Counted from the first letter of the stretch, positions 50,908 to 60,604 are shown. The stretch is DNA of 62,183 nucleotides from Bacillota bacterium (GCA_051748565.1 JBNJHN010000004.1:1-62183); one strand, 5' to 3'. The notes: generated by a model not told the origin, from the sequence alone. Made by a program: numbers and translations.

Positions 50908-52065
50908 TTAAACACAGGCCGGTTCCGGTATTAACTCACCTTTTGCAAACCTGTCCAGAGACATGCAGCACAAATCTATAAACGGCTTTTCCCCGGACAC
51001 AATTTCGGACATTACCTGGCCTACCGCCGGAGCCAACTGGAAACCATGTCCGCTCCAGCCGGCATCCAAAAAGAAGCCTTCGAGAGCAGTCGGTCCGACT
51101 ATGCCCTGCTGATCGGGTGTAATATCATACAAACCGGCCCACTGCCTGATAATATTTGCCTCTCTTAAAATCGGGACCTGGGCGGTAATTTTCTCTGCTG
51201 CATCTTTAAGGTACTGCCAGGTCGATCTTTCGTTATAATCTTTTACCTCATGCTCTGGATCACCAACCCCCATCAGCAGGCTGCCATGAGGTGTCTGTTT
51301 GAAATATGTTCCATGCTTAAATGAAATAACCATGGTCCATAAAAACATTTCCAACGGCTCCGTAACCATTATTTGATGGCGCTCAGGGATAATCGGAATA
51401 TTCAGGCCTACCATCTCACCAAGCATCTTACTGTGTGCTCCTGCTGCAACAATAACAATGGGAGTGCTGATTCTTTCTCCGCTATCTAAAACTACACCAG
51501 TTACCCTGGAGCCTATTTTTTCGATTGCAGATACCTCGGTATTAATTCGAATCTCAACTCCCTGGCGACGGGCTGCGTTAGCGTAAGCCTGAGTAACGTG
51601 AAATGGGTTTACATGTCCGTCACGCGGGTTAAAAGAACCCCCGTGAAGATTATCGCGAACAATGCCCGGTACAATATCAGCTACCTGTGAAGGATCCAGT
51701 ATAACCGTTGTATTATCTGTATCGATTGATTTCTGACGATCCATGTTGCAGCGAAACAGGTCCAGTTCATCTTCGGAATAAGCCAGCAGCAGGTACCCTT
51801 TCTGCATAAGCTCTATGCTCTCCGGATACTCTAATTCTTCTTCGAGCACTTCCATTTTTCTTAAACTTTCCATAGAAAGGCGTATATTAATCTCTGTTCC
51901 AAACTGATGTCTTATTCCAGCCGCACAGCGTCCGGTGGCGCCACAGGCCAGGTAGCCTTTTTCCAATAGGACAATTTCTTTCCAACCTTTCTTTGCCAGG
52001 TGGTAAGCTATAGAACAACCGTGTACACCGCCTCCAATTATTACTGCATTTGCTTTACCTGTCAT
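50908..52065 (-). CDS. DAO-family FAD-dependent amine/amino-acid dehydrogenase (catalytic beta-like subunit)
   Basis: 385 aa. The N-terminus NAVIIGGGVHGCSIAYHLAKKG and the C-terminus GWSGHGFQLAPAVG are present. It is a paralogue of 45223..46395. Confidence 0.85.
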   Translation of the reverse strand: MTGKANAVIIGGGVHGCSIAYHLAKKGWKEIVLLEKGYLACGATGRCAAGIRHQFGTEINIRLSMESLRKMEVLEEELEYPESIELMQKGYLLLAYSEDELDLFRCNMDRQKSIDTDNTTVILDPSQVADIVPGIVRDNLHGGSFNPRDGHVNPFHVTQAYANAARRQGVEIRINTEVSAIEKIGSRVTGVVLDSGERISTPIVIVAAGAHSKMLGEMVGLNIPIIPERHQIMVTEPLEMFLWTMVISFKHGTYFKQTPHGSLLMGVGDPEHEVKDYNERSTWQYLKDAAEKITAQVPILREANIIRQWAGLYDITPDQQGIVGPTALEGFFLDAGWSGHGFQLAPAVGQVMSEIVSGEKPFIDLCCMSLDRFAKGELIPEPACV

Positions 52066-52333
52066 TAAAGTTTACTCCCAACATGCTTTTTAATTTAATC
52101 GGTTTCACCGGGGGCCTGAAAGTTGTCATCTTAATTTCTGTCACATTTTTACCCGTTGCTGCGGCAACTTCTTTCAAAACCAGGTCGCGGCAGGTGTTGC
52201 CCTGGCAGGGGCCCATACCACATCGTGTAAGACGTTTTATCTCATCTGGTGAACTGCAGCCTTTTTCAATTGCTTCCCTGATATCTGCAAGAGTCAGATC
52301 CTCACAGCGGCAGATAATTATATTATTTTCCAT
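52055..52333 (-). CDS. BFD-like [2Fe-2S]-binding protein
   Basis: 92 aa from ATG 52333 (MENNIIICRCEDLTLADI...RCGMGPCQGNTC). The longer track ORF (to 52501) overlaps the upstream gene and has no support. Confidence 0.75.
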   Translation of the reverse strand: MENNIIICRCEDLTLADIREAIEKGCSSPDEIKRLTRCGMGPCQGNTCRDLVLKEVAAATGKNVTEIKMTTFRPPVKPIKLKSMLGVNFNDR

Positions 52334-52829
52334 TTTCCATTTCACCTTCCCGACGTAAACTGCGTACTTCAGCCAGATAATGATGGGGTACAGCCAGCCA
52401 GACAACAGGTGTTCGATCCTGGATTTTTGTATTCTGGACCCTGATAACTTTAGCCTGACAAGCCTCATTGCCTTCTCTGTCCAAAGCAATAACCTTTTCA
52501 CCTTTTATAGGGAGGGGGGAATACTCGTAAGGAATTTTAACCAGGCCTTCTTTCTTACTGTAGGTAGCGTCAATAACAAATATTGCCAGACCCGGGCACT
52601 GACTGATACAAACACCGCAGCCGTTGCACAGTTCATGGTCAATGATTGGTGTATCATTGATATCTTTAAACTCACTGATCGCTCCCTGCTTACAGGCATA
52701 GCGGCATGGATCACAGGGAATGCTTTGGAAACACTCCACTACAGCTACCGGACCTTTCTTCAGCCTTTCCGAAGATGGAGTACCATCCTGAATCTGACTT
52801 ACACTCGGAATACCGGTTTTTTCTAGCAT
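52323..52829 (-). CDS. [4Fe-4S]-binding gamma-like subunit
   Basis: 168 aa. SIPCDPCRYACKQGAI and CNGCGVCISQCPGLAI are present. It is collinear with residues ~1065-1215 of the 1316-aa fusion. Confidence 0.75.
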   Translation of the reverse strand: MLEKTGIPSVSQIQDGTPSSERLKKGPVAVVECFQSIPCDPCRYACKQGAISEFKDINDTPIIDHELCNGCGVCISQCPGLAIFVIDATYSKKEGLVKIPYEYSPLPIKGEKVIALDREGNEACQAKVIRVQNTKIQDRTPVVWLAVPHHYLAEVRSLRREGEMENGK

Positions 52830-53917
52830 TTACATCCGCCTCCGCTGAGCCTGGATAACCCCTGTCTTATTTTACGACCGGCTTCCCCGGCTCTGAGTTC
52901 GTTTAACTCGCTAATGTATTCCTGATAAAGCTTGTTAACATTAGTGGTGTATCCCAAATCCGCAGCAGCAAAAAGACCGGCGATTTTACCTTCTACCATC
53001 GCCGAGCTGGCCTCTTCGATACCCGCAGCATCACCGGCAACATAAATTTTGGGAACGGTGGTCTGCATTTTTTCTGTGCGTTTTGGAACATAGCCCCCCA
53101 ATTCCGGTACGTATTGCTGCTTGCAGCATGCCTGCCACAGCAGTTCTGTCAATGGCGAAAGTCCTACCGCCAGGCAGATTACATCAACTTCAAAAGTCTG
53201 CTCAGAACCGGGAACCGGATTCCACTTTTCATCAACCATGTGAATAGTTGCCGATTCAACCATTTCCCTGCCGCACGCTTCTTTAATCGAATGGGAGGTT
53301 AAAATTGGTATTCCGGAACGGCGTATTTTTGAAGCATGAACCAGATAACCTCCGATGCGGGGTGCACCTTCAATCACTGCCGCAACTTCAACCCCGGCCT
53401 GTATCAATTGATAGCTTACAATAAGGCCGATATTGCCGGCACCGACCATTAAAACCCTTAAACCCGGCTTTACCCCGTAAACATTCATCAGGGTCTGAAC
53501 CGCCCCGGCACCATAAACCCCGGGAAGGTCATTACCGGGAAAAAGAAGCATTTTTTCCGCCGCCCCGGTAGCAATTATAATTCTCCGGGGATAACAGACT
53601 TCCGCCTGATCATCTTTTTCGATCAAAAGCGCCCCGTCATCATAATATCCCAGGACAGTGGTTCTTAATTTAAAATGAATCCTTCCACGACCCTCTTTGT
53701 CCAACAAACCAACCAGTTGGCCGGGTATATCAATACCTCGTACAGCTGCATACTGTTTTTTCGATCCAAAAAACATATGGGTCTGTTTTACAAGCTGTCC
53801 GCCCAATTTTTGATCCCGATCAAATAAAGTTACTTCAGCTCCCTGCCGGACAGCCGCAAGCGCCGCCGAAAGGCCGGCTGGGCCTCCACCAACCACGGCA
53901 ATATCAGTCTTTTTCAA
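52823..53917 (-). CDS. FAD/NAD(P)-binding pyridine-nucleotide-disulfide-type oxidoreductase (alpha/HcnB-like subunit)
   Basis: 364 aa. IAVVGGGPAGLSAALAA, LGGQLVKQTHMFFGS, MVGAGNIGL and VAGDAAGI are present. It is strongly similar to residues ~738-1040 of the 1316-aa fusion. Confidence 0.85.
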   Translation of the reverse strand: MKKTDIAVVGGGPAGLSAALAAVRQGAEVTLFDRDQKLGGQLVKQTHMFFGSKKQYAAVRGIDIPGQLVGLLDKEGRGRIHFKLRTTVLGYYDDGALLIEKDDQAEVCYPRRIIIATGAAEKMLLFPGNDLPGVYGAGAVQTLMNVYGVKPGLRVLMVGAGNIGLIVSYQLIQAGVEVAAVIEGAPRIGGYLVHASKIRRSGIPILTSHSIKEACGREMVESATIHMVDEKWNPVPGSEQTFEVDVICLAVGLSPLTELLWQACCKQQYVPELGGYVPKRTEKMQTTVPKIYVAGDAAGIEEASSAMVEGKIAGLFAAADLGYTTNVNKLYQEYISELNELRAGEAGRKIRQGLSRLSGGGCKC

Positions 53918-54218
53918 CTATCTCACCTTTTCCCTGCTGCCTTTCCACCACATCACCTTCTTTGACGATTGTGATGCAAATGCGAACATTGGATACTCCA
54001 TTGACCATCATCAAACAGGAAGAGCAGTTACCGATAGCACAAAAAAAGCCACGTGGTCGTTTCATTTTACCACTGTGGCTGAGAACTTTTACCCCCGCAG
54101 CATGCAGAGCAGAAGCAATTGTTTCTCCTGCGTATCCGATTAACTTTCGGCCCTCAAAATTAAACTTAACCGTCTTCCCTTTACGGAAATCAATAATCGG
54201 GTGTTCATTTATTCTCAT
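53904..54218 (-). CDS. [2Fe-2S]-binding protein (HcnA / sarcosine-oxidase-alpha-N-terminal-like)
   Basis: 104 aa. FEGRKLIGYAGETIASALHAAGV...FCAIGNCSSCLMMVNG...ICIT is present. It is collinear with residues ~636-716 of the fusion. Confidence 0.8.
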   Translation of the reverse strand: MRINEHPIIDFRKGKTVKFNFEGRKLIGYAGETIASALHAAGVKVLSHSGKMKRPRGFFCAIGNCSSCLMMVNGVSNVRICITIVKEGDVVERQQGKGEIVEKD

Positions 54219-54382
54219 CTCTTAGTTCCTTCTGCAATCTGCTTATATTATCGGTTTTAGTTTGTTGAAAATGGGATTATAATATTTTAACACTTTCAGC
54301 GATATCAGGCAAAATAATTAATATTGATTTTAGTTATTCTTTACTTTTTGCGTAGTGTTTTTATCTGAAACAAGTCGTAAAC

Positions 54383-54411
54383 TTGCATTCGTGATATTAT
54401 TCAGATAGAAT
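54383..54411 (+). promoter_or_regulatory. candidate promoter of proC-proB-proA
   Basis: TTGCAT - 17 nt - TAGAAT, about 40 nt upstream of ATG 54450. Confidence 0.45.
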
Positions 54412-54449
54412 GATTTCTAAGATCTTTACCAAAGATAGGAGAACTAATC

Positions 54450-55274
54450 ATGAAAAAGGATAAAATTGGCCTGATAGGCTGCGGTGCAATGGGTTCGGCG
54501 CTTGCAAAAGGTATGATCGAAAAGGGAGAAGTTGATCCCTCTTCAGTCTATTTGTACGATCTCAGCGAAGAAAGAAAGGAGCTGCTGGCTTCTGAATTAA
54601 GAACCAACGCAGCTAAAAGTCTATCCGAATTTATCCCAGAGTGTCGTGTTATCTTTATTGCCGTTAAACCTCAGGACGCTGAAGGGCTTTTATATTCGCT
54701 TAAGCCCATGGTTCAACCTGAGCAAATATATGTTTCGATAGCCGCCGGAATTACTATAAGCTTTATTGAAAGCTGTCTCTATGCCGGAACTAAAATTATA
54801 CGTTTAATGCCGAATACACCCTGCCTGATCGGGGAAGGGGCGATTGTAATAAGTACGGGGGAAGCAGTGACCGATGAGGAACGCGTATGGGTGGAAAAAC
54901 TGCTTGAACCTTTGGGTTTAACAATTCGTTTACCGGAATACCTGATGGACGCTGCCACCGGTATAAGCGGAACCGGTCCGGCATACGTTTACCTTTTTAT
55001 TGAAACCATGATTGATGCAGGAGTATCGGTTGGTATAAGAAGGGATGTTGCATCAAAGCTGGTTATTCAAAATGTTATTGGTGCCGCAAAAATGTTAAAT
55101 GTTAATACAAAACATCCTGCAGAGCTGCGTAATATTGTTACTTCCCCTGCCGGGACAACCAGTGCGGCTATGTATGTTCTTGAAGAATCAGGTTTTCGCA
55201 GCTGTCTGCTGAAAGCTGTTATTGAAGCTACCAGACGGGCGGAGGATTTACGACGTGGACACATTACAATATAA
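54450..55274 (+). CDS. proC: pyrroline-5-carboxylate reductase
   Basis: 274 aa. IGLIGCGAMGSALAKG, RLMPNTPCLIGEG and VTSPAGTTSAA are present. Confidence 0.92.
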   Translation: MKKDKIGLIGCGAMGSALAKGMIEKGEVDPSSVYLYDLSEERKELLASELRTNAAKSLSEFIPECRVIFIAVKPQDAEGLLYSLKPMVQPEQIYVSIAAGITISFIESCLYAGTKIIRLMPNTPCLIGEGAIVISTGEAVTDEERVWVEKLLEPLGLTIRLPEYLMDAATGISGTGPAYVYLFIETMIDAGVSVGIRRDVASKLVIQNVIGAAKMLNVNTKHPAELRNIVTSPAGTTSAAMYVLEESGFRSCLLKAVIEATRRAEDLRRGHITI

Positions 55275-56397
55275 ACCTCTTTCTAAATCATACCCGAGTC
55301 CCTGCCGTATAACAGTTAAAGTAGGAACCAGGCTGCTGACTCATCATACAGGAAAGCTAAATCTCGGCTACATGGAAAGACTGGTCCGAAAACTTTCCGA
55401 CCTTCGCAACGAAGGCCATGAAGTAATATTGGTTACTTCAGGCTCTATCGGTGCCGGAAGAGGAAAGTTAAATATTGCAAGAAAGAAAATAACTATTCCT
55501 GAGAAACAGGCCATTGCTGCTGTGGGACAGGGACTTTTACTTCAGATTTACGAAAAACTTTTTTCTGAATATGGATTGGTAGTCGGGCAAATACTGCTTA
55601 CCCGCAGCGATCTGGTAAGTAGAAGGCGCTATATAAATGCCTGCAATACCGTAATTACCCTTCTGAAGCTTGGTGTCATTCCCATTATCAACGAAAATGA
55701 CTCTGTATCCATAGAAGAAATAAAGTTTGGTGATAACGATCGTCTTTCCGCCCTGGTCGCCGGGTTGAGTGACTCCAACCTCCTGATTGTTTTAACTGAC
55801 GTAGACGGCCTCTTCAACGCCAATCCCAGTAAAAATCCCGATGCAAAGTTGATTCCGTTTGTCGATAAAATTGACAAAAAAATTAAAGATGGGGCGGAAA
55901 GTTCAAATGATGATCTGGCAACAGGGGGGATGATAACCAAGCTGCAGGCTGCTGAAATAGCTACAATGTCGGGAATACCGATGTACATAACCAATGGTTC
56001 AGACCCGGATGTTCTGTCCCGAATAATCAGTGGAGAGCATGTGGGAACATACTTTAATCCCCAGGAACATTATCTTAACAGGCGTAAACGGTGGATTGCT
56101 TACGGGCAAATCGTTAAAGGAAAAGTGAGTATAGACAGTGGAGCCTGCGATGCTCTCAGCCGTGAAGGAAAAAGCCTGCTGCCGGTTGGTGTAATAGCAG
56201 TTGAAGGCTCTTTCAGCAGCGGCGACCTTGTTGCCGTTGTCGATTTGGAAGGAAATGAACTCGGACGGGGTTTAAGTAACTTTTCTTCAGAAGAACTTGC
56301 CCTTATTCAAAAGAAACCCAGTGTTGAAATCGCCGGTATTATAAACCGCCCCTGTTCTGAAGAAGTCATTCACCGTGACAACCTGGTAATTTATTAA
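55255..56397 (+). CDS. proB: glutamate 5-kinase (with C-terminal PUA domain)
   Basis: ITVKVGTRLLT, VTSGSIGAG, PIINENDSVSIEEIKFGDNDRLSA and a PUA-like tail are present. GTG 55255 lies 8 nt after GGAGGA. The track start 55222 lies deep inside proC. Confidence 0.9.
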   Translation: MDTLQYKPLSKSYPSPCRITVKVGTRLLTHHTGKLNLGYMERLVRKLSDLRNEGHEVILVTSGSIGAGRGKLNIARKKITIPEKQAIAAVGQGLLLQIYEKLFSEYGLVVGQILLTRSDLVSRRRYINACNTVITLLKLGVIPIINENDSVSIEEIKFGDNDRLSALVAGLSDSNLLIVLTDVDGLFNANPSKNPDAKLIPFVDKIDKKIKDGAESSNDDLATGGMITKLQAAEIATMSGIPMYITNGSDPDVLSRIISGEHVGTYFNPQEHYLNRRKRWIAYGQIVKGKVSIDSGACDALSREGKSLLPVGVIAVEGSFSSGDLVAVVDLEGNELGRGLSNFSSEELALIQKKPSVEIAGIINRPCSEEVIHRDNLVIY

Positions 56398-56421
56398 CTA
56401 TTGCGTCAGGAGCTGAATTTC

Positions 56422-57675
56422 ATGCATTCAGAGGTGTTGGAAAAATGTGAGCAGGCCCGACTGGCCGCAGCTTACCTGGCCGGCTGCTCCACAACCATAA
56501 AGAACGATATTATTAACGATTTAGCTGATTCCCTATTAGAAAATACCGATACGATTATCGCAGCGAATAAAATCGATCTTGAAAATCTGAAGCAGAAGAA
56601 TAATTATACGGAAGCCTTTTATGACCGCCTGCTATTAAATGAATTACGCATTAAAAGTATGTCTGAAGGTTTGGTCGAAATTGCAAAGCTTGAAGATCCA
56701 ATCGGAGCAGTCACAAAAATGTGGAAGCGCCCAAATGGTCTGCTAATCGGCCTGCAGCGAGTTCCAATCGGTGTAATCGGAATAATTTACGAAGCCCGCC
56801 CCAATGTGACTGTCGATGCAGCCGGCCTGGCTTTGAAAGCGGGCAATGCCGTAATCTTAAGGGGCAGTTCAGAAGCGATCCATTCCAATAAAGCCCTGGT
56901 TAAAGTAATGCGGAACCGTATCGCAGCCTATGATCTGCCTAAAGGGTCATTAGCATTAATTGAAGATACAAATCGCAGTGCTGCCAATGACCTGATGAAG
57001 GCGAACGGCTATATCAATCTGCTTATCCCCCGCGGTGGAACTTCACTGATCAAGTCTGTAATAGAGAATTCCACTGTTCCGGTAGTCCAAACCGGCGAAG
57101 GTAACTGTCATATTTATGTTGATGAAAATGCAGACCTTGAAATGGCCCTGGCTGTTACAGTCAACGCCAAGGTGCAGCGTCCGGGAGTATGTAATGCTAT
57201 TGAAACACTGCTTGTCCACAGGAATATTGCATCCCGCTTTTTACCGGAAACAATTTCAACCCTTAACAGCCTGGGCGTCGAAATCAGGGGCTGTAAAGAT
57301 ACAATGACTTATTCTACCTCGGTCAAACCTGCCCGGGAAGAGGACTGGGAAACCGAGTTTCTTGATCTTATCCTGGCCATAAAAATCGTCGAAAGCTTTG
57401 ACGAAGCCATTGCGCACATTAATTATTACGGAACAGGCCACTCAGAAGCAATAATAACCAAAGATTATAGTCGTTCTCTTGAATTTATAAACCGCATTGA
57501 TGCTGCGGCGGTTTATATTAATTCTTCTACCCGTTTTACAGACGGATTTGAATTCGGTTTAGGAGCGGAAATGGGGATCAGCACCCAAAAACTGCACGTT
57601 CGCGGTCCAATGGGACTGGAAGCATTAACTACCCTGAAATATATAATTTTTGGCTGCGGCCAAATAAGGGAATAA
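56422..57675 (+). CDS. proA: gamma-glutamyl phosphate reductase
   Basis: VPIGVIGIIYEARPNVTVDAAGLALKAGNAVILRGS, PGVCNAIETLLVH and GHSEAIIT are present. ATG 56422 lies 8 nt after AGGAG. Confidence 0.92.
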   Translation: MHSEVLEKCEQARLAAAYLAGCSTTIKNDIINDLADSLLENTDTIIAANKIDLENLKQKNNYTEAFYDRLLLNELRIKSMSEGLVEIAKLEDPIGAVTKMWKRPNGLLIGLQRVPIGVIGIIYEARPNVTVDAAGLALKAGNAVILRGSSEAIHSNKALVKVMRNRIAAYDLPKGSLALIEDTNRSAANDLMKANGYINLLIPRGGTSLIKSVIENSTVPVVQTGEGNCHIYVDENADLEMALAVTVNAKVQRPGVCNAIETLLVHRNIASRFLPETISTLNSLGVEIRGCKDTMTYSTSVKPAREEDWETEFLDLILAIKIVESFDEAIAHINYYGTGHSEAIITKDYSRSLEFINRIDAAAVYINSSTRFTDGFEFGLGAEMGISTQKLHVRGPMGLEALTTLKYIIFGCGQIRE

Positions 57676-57701
57676 AATGCCGGAAGGAGTTGAATATATC
57701 C

Positions 57702-58874
57702 ATGCAGCGTTTTCAAGAAGCACTGAAACAGGATCTCCCCATGCTGGTCGACACTACTTTACGGGATGGAGAACAGACAGCGGGAGTTGTATTTTCCAAC
57801 CGTGAGAAATTGCGGATTGCCAAAATGCTGGACAATTTAGGCGTTCACCAGATCGAAGCCGGGGTTCCGGTTATGGGTGGAGACGAAAAGGAAGTAATCA
57901 AAGAAATTGTTTCCTACAACCTCAAGGCAAGTATTATGGCCTGGAACCGTGCCAATATCGAAGATATTAAGCACTCCCTTGACTGTGGTGTCGATGCTGT
58001 CGCAATCTCAATTTCCACTTCCGATATCCATATTACCCATAAACTGAAAACCTCCAGGGAATGGGTGCTCGATCACATGGTTAATGCTGTGAAGTTCGCC
58101 CGTAAGCAGAACCTTTATATTTCTGTAAATGCCGAGGATGCATCCCGCAGCGATATGAACTTTCTGATTGATTTTGCCAGGCAGGCCAGGCAGGCTGGAG
58201 CAGACAGGCTGCGTTTTTGCGATACGATTGGAGTTCTGGAACCGTTTAAGACTCACCGGATTGTTTCAGAGTTGATCGAAAAAACAGGCATGGACATCGA
58301 AATGCATACCCATAACGACTTCGGCATGGCGACAGCAAATGCCCTGGCCGGCCTGAAAGCCGGTGCTCGTTTTATCGGGGTTACTGTCAATGGATTGGGA
58401 GAAAGAGCAGGCAATGCCGCCCTTGAAGAAGTAGCCATGGCTCTGAAATACCTTTTTGATGTCAACCTGGGTGTAAACACCAAAGACTTTCGTAACCTTT
58501 GCGAGTATGTAGCCCGTGCATCCGGCCGACAATTATATCCCTCTAAACCAATTGTCGGAACCAACACATTTGCACACGAGTCAGGAATACATGCCGATGG
58601 TGTTCTTAAACACCCTTCCACATATGAGGTTTTCAGCCCTGAGGAAGTCGGATTGGAAAGGCAGATTGTGATCGGTAAACATTCCGGTTCCAGGGCTGTA
58701 AAAATGAAATTTGTTGAATATGGCATTGATCTATCTGATCAAGAGGCTGCTGGCATCCTTGAAGCTGTACGCAGCGTAACTGTAGATCTTAAAAGATCAT
58801 TGTTTGATAAAGAATTGATGTATATTTACGAGGATTACCTTTATGAAAAAAAGATAAATCCCTTAAAGAAGTAA
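57702..58874 (+). CDS. homocitrate/citramalate/2-isopropylmalate synthase-family enzyme, short NifV-like form
   Basis: About 390 aa. VDTTLRDGEQ, RFCDTIG and HTHNDFGMATANALAG are present. There is no LeuA-type C-terminal regulatory domain. Confidence 0.8.
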   Translation: MQRFQEALKQDLPMLVDTTLRDGEQTAGVVFSNREKLRIAKMLDNLGVHQIEAGVPVMGGDEKEVIKEIVSYNLKASIMAWNRANIEDIKHSLDCGVDAVAISISTSDIHITHKLKTSREWVLDHMVNAVKFARKQNLYISVNAEDASRSDMNFLIDFARQARQAGADRLRFCDTIGVLEPFKTHRIVSELIEKTGMDIEMHTHNDFGMATANALAGLKAGARFIGVTVNGLGERAGNAALEEVAMALKYLFDVNLGVNTKDFRNLCEYVARASGRQLYPSKPIVGTNTFAHESGIHADGVLKHPSTYEVFSPEEVGLERQIVIGKHSGSRAVKMKFVEYGIDLSDQEAAGILEAVRSVTVDLKRSLFDKELMYIYEDYLYEKKINPLKK

Positions 58875-58909
58875 ACTTTAATGAAAAATTATACTAAGCG
58901 GGCGTGAAT

Positions 58910-59863
58910 ATGTCAGAAAAAATATATTGCTCGGTTGATATCGGGGGCAGCAAAATTTTACTACTTCTGATCGATGATCAGGGCAATGTTTTATTTAAAG
59001 AGAAGAGAGCAACCCCCAGACCTGAAGAACCGACGGCAATAGCAGCAACCATAGAATCGATGTTAAGCGATGCCGCCTCAACGGACAATGATTATTCTTT
59101 CAGGAAACCTTCCGGGCTTGGAGTTGCCATTGCCGGTTTTGTAGATCACCGCTCCGGATTAGTTCACCAGTCTCCAAATTTGCATTGGGTCAATCCAGTC
59201 CCGCTAGGTGAAATACTTGAAGAAACCTTTAAATGCCCGGTCATGATTGAAAACGATGCAAATGCTGCCGTTGTCGGGGAAGTATGCTATGGAGCAGCCC
59301 ATGGTCACCGCAATGTAATTTATATAACAATCAGCACCGGTATAGGTGGCGGATTGTTTCTTGACGGCCGGCTCTATCGAGGCGCCACCGGATTCGCCGG
59401 TGAAATTGGACATATTAAACCTTTCGGTAAGGGCAGACCCTGTAAGTGTGGTGGATATGATTGCCTTGAAACCTGGGCTTCCGGAAATGCAATATCGCAC
59501 AGCGCTGAATTATTGTGGGATAAAAATGACTTCCCGGTTAATGAAATAGATACTGCCTGGGTTTTTCAACAATCTGAGTCAGGAAACCCAATTGCAAAAA
59601 CGATTATTGATCACGCTATAAATAATATCGGCAGGGGATTAGCCAACCTGGTCAATTTACTCAACCCTTCCTGCCTGGTTATCGGAGGCGGTGTTGCCGG
59701 TAACAGGCCTGATTTCCTGGAAGAAGTTAAATCTCGGATTGTCGCAGAATCAATCCGGCCATCTGTTAATATTACCCCTTTTCAAGTATTTGCTGCCATG
59801 CTGGAACCCGAGGCTGGAATATGGGGTATGTATGCCTTATTGACCGAACGGATGGTGCAGTAA
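58910..59863 (+). CDS. ROK-family sugar kinase (glucokinase-like)
   Basis: SVDIGGSKILL, ENDANAAVVGE and the Zn motif GHIKP...CKCGGYDCLE are present. GTG 58904 is an alternative start. Confidence 0.85.
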   Translation: MSEKIYCSVDIGGSKILLLLIDDQGNVLFKEKRATPRPEEPTAIAATIESMLSDAASTDNDYSFRKPSGLGVAIAGFVDHRSGLVHQSPNLHWVNPVPLGEILEETFKCPVMIENDANAAVVGEVCYGAAHGHRNVIYITISTGIGGGLFLDGRLYRGATGFAGEIGHIKPFGKGRPCKCGGYDCLETWASGNAISHSAELLWDKNDFPVNEIDTAWVFQQSESGNPIAKTIIDHAINNIGRGLANLVNLLNPSCLVIGGGVAGNRPDFLEEVKSRIVAESIRPSVNITPFQVFAAMLEPEAGIWGMYALLTERMVQ

Positions 59864-59867
59864 TCTT

Positions 59868-60581
59868 ATGAATGAAATTGAGCAATTTGAACCAATAGAA
59901 CCTTTAGAACCATTATACGAAATGCTGGAGCTCTTAATTGCCAGGTACGGTTCATGGGGCATAGCTGCAGCGATGTTTGCAGAGAGCGCCGGGGTACCTT
60001 TTGCTTCCGCTGTTGTCCTACTGACTGCAGGAACTCTCATTTTAAGAGGCAGTCTTAGTTTCTGGTCGGTTTTTATTGCTTCTACTATTGGGATTACTCT
60101 TGGCAGTATTTTTAGCTATATAATTGGACTTTTGGGCAGTATGGCCGGCACTGCAGTCAAATCTGGTTTTTTTCACCATCCCCGTGCTCTTGAAAATGAA
60201 GCTGCCGGGAAAAGTGATTCAAAAATAATATATTTATTTAAAAAATATGGTAACTTCTCCGTATTTATGGCCCAGTTGTGGGGGATCACCCGCACTTTTG
60301 GTTCTTTTCCAGCCGGTGCAATGCACATGAACTTATTTGTTTTCATTCTATATACTTTTCTCGGGGGAGCTCTCTTCAGCCTGATTTATGTTATGGTCAG
60401 TATTGCCCTGGTCCGTGCTATGAGCCTGGTTTATAACTTGCTTAAGTATATGGCCGATCTCTCACCATGGCTGCTCAGCATCCCTATTGTACTGACTTTT
60501 GCAGCAGCCTATTATTATTTTTTTTACCGGCACCGCAAACCACTGCCCATTAATTTTCGAAAAACCTCTGACAAAAAATAA
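59868..60581 (+). CDS. DedA-family membrane protein
   Basis: 237 aa with 4-5 hydrophobic spans. It has the N-terminal ...FAESAGVPFASAVVLLTAG pattern of the DedA/SNARE-associated family. Confidence 0.75.
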   Translation: MNEIEQFEPIEPLEPLYEMLELLIARYGSWGIAAAMFAESAGVPFASAVVLLTAGTLILRGSLSFWSVFIASTIGITLGSIFSYIIGLLGSMAGTAVKSGFFHHPRALENEAAGKSDSKIIYLFKKYGNFSVFMAQLWGITRTFGSFPAGAMHMNLFVFILYTFLGGALFSLIYVMVSIALVRAMSLVYNLLKYMADLSPWLLSIPIVLTFAAAYYYFFYRHRKPLPINFRKTSDKK

Positions 60582-60604
60582 TAATAATCGAAAGGGGTTT
60601 TATA

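Noticed and set aside
55222-55254. Upstream-most starts given by the ORF track for proB (55222), proA (56401), the NifV-like gene (57690), P5CDH (24548), the BFD-like gene (52501), the ferredoxin (61737), the DAO gene (45190) and the small FdrA-tail ORF (15506).
   Set aside because: These starts lie inside the preceding gene or directly on or before the RBS. Internal ATG/GTG/TTG codons with properly spaced GGAGG-type RBSs fit better, so the coordinates were adjusted.
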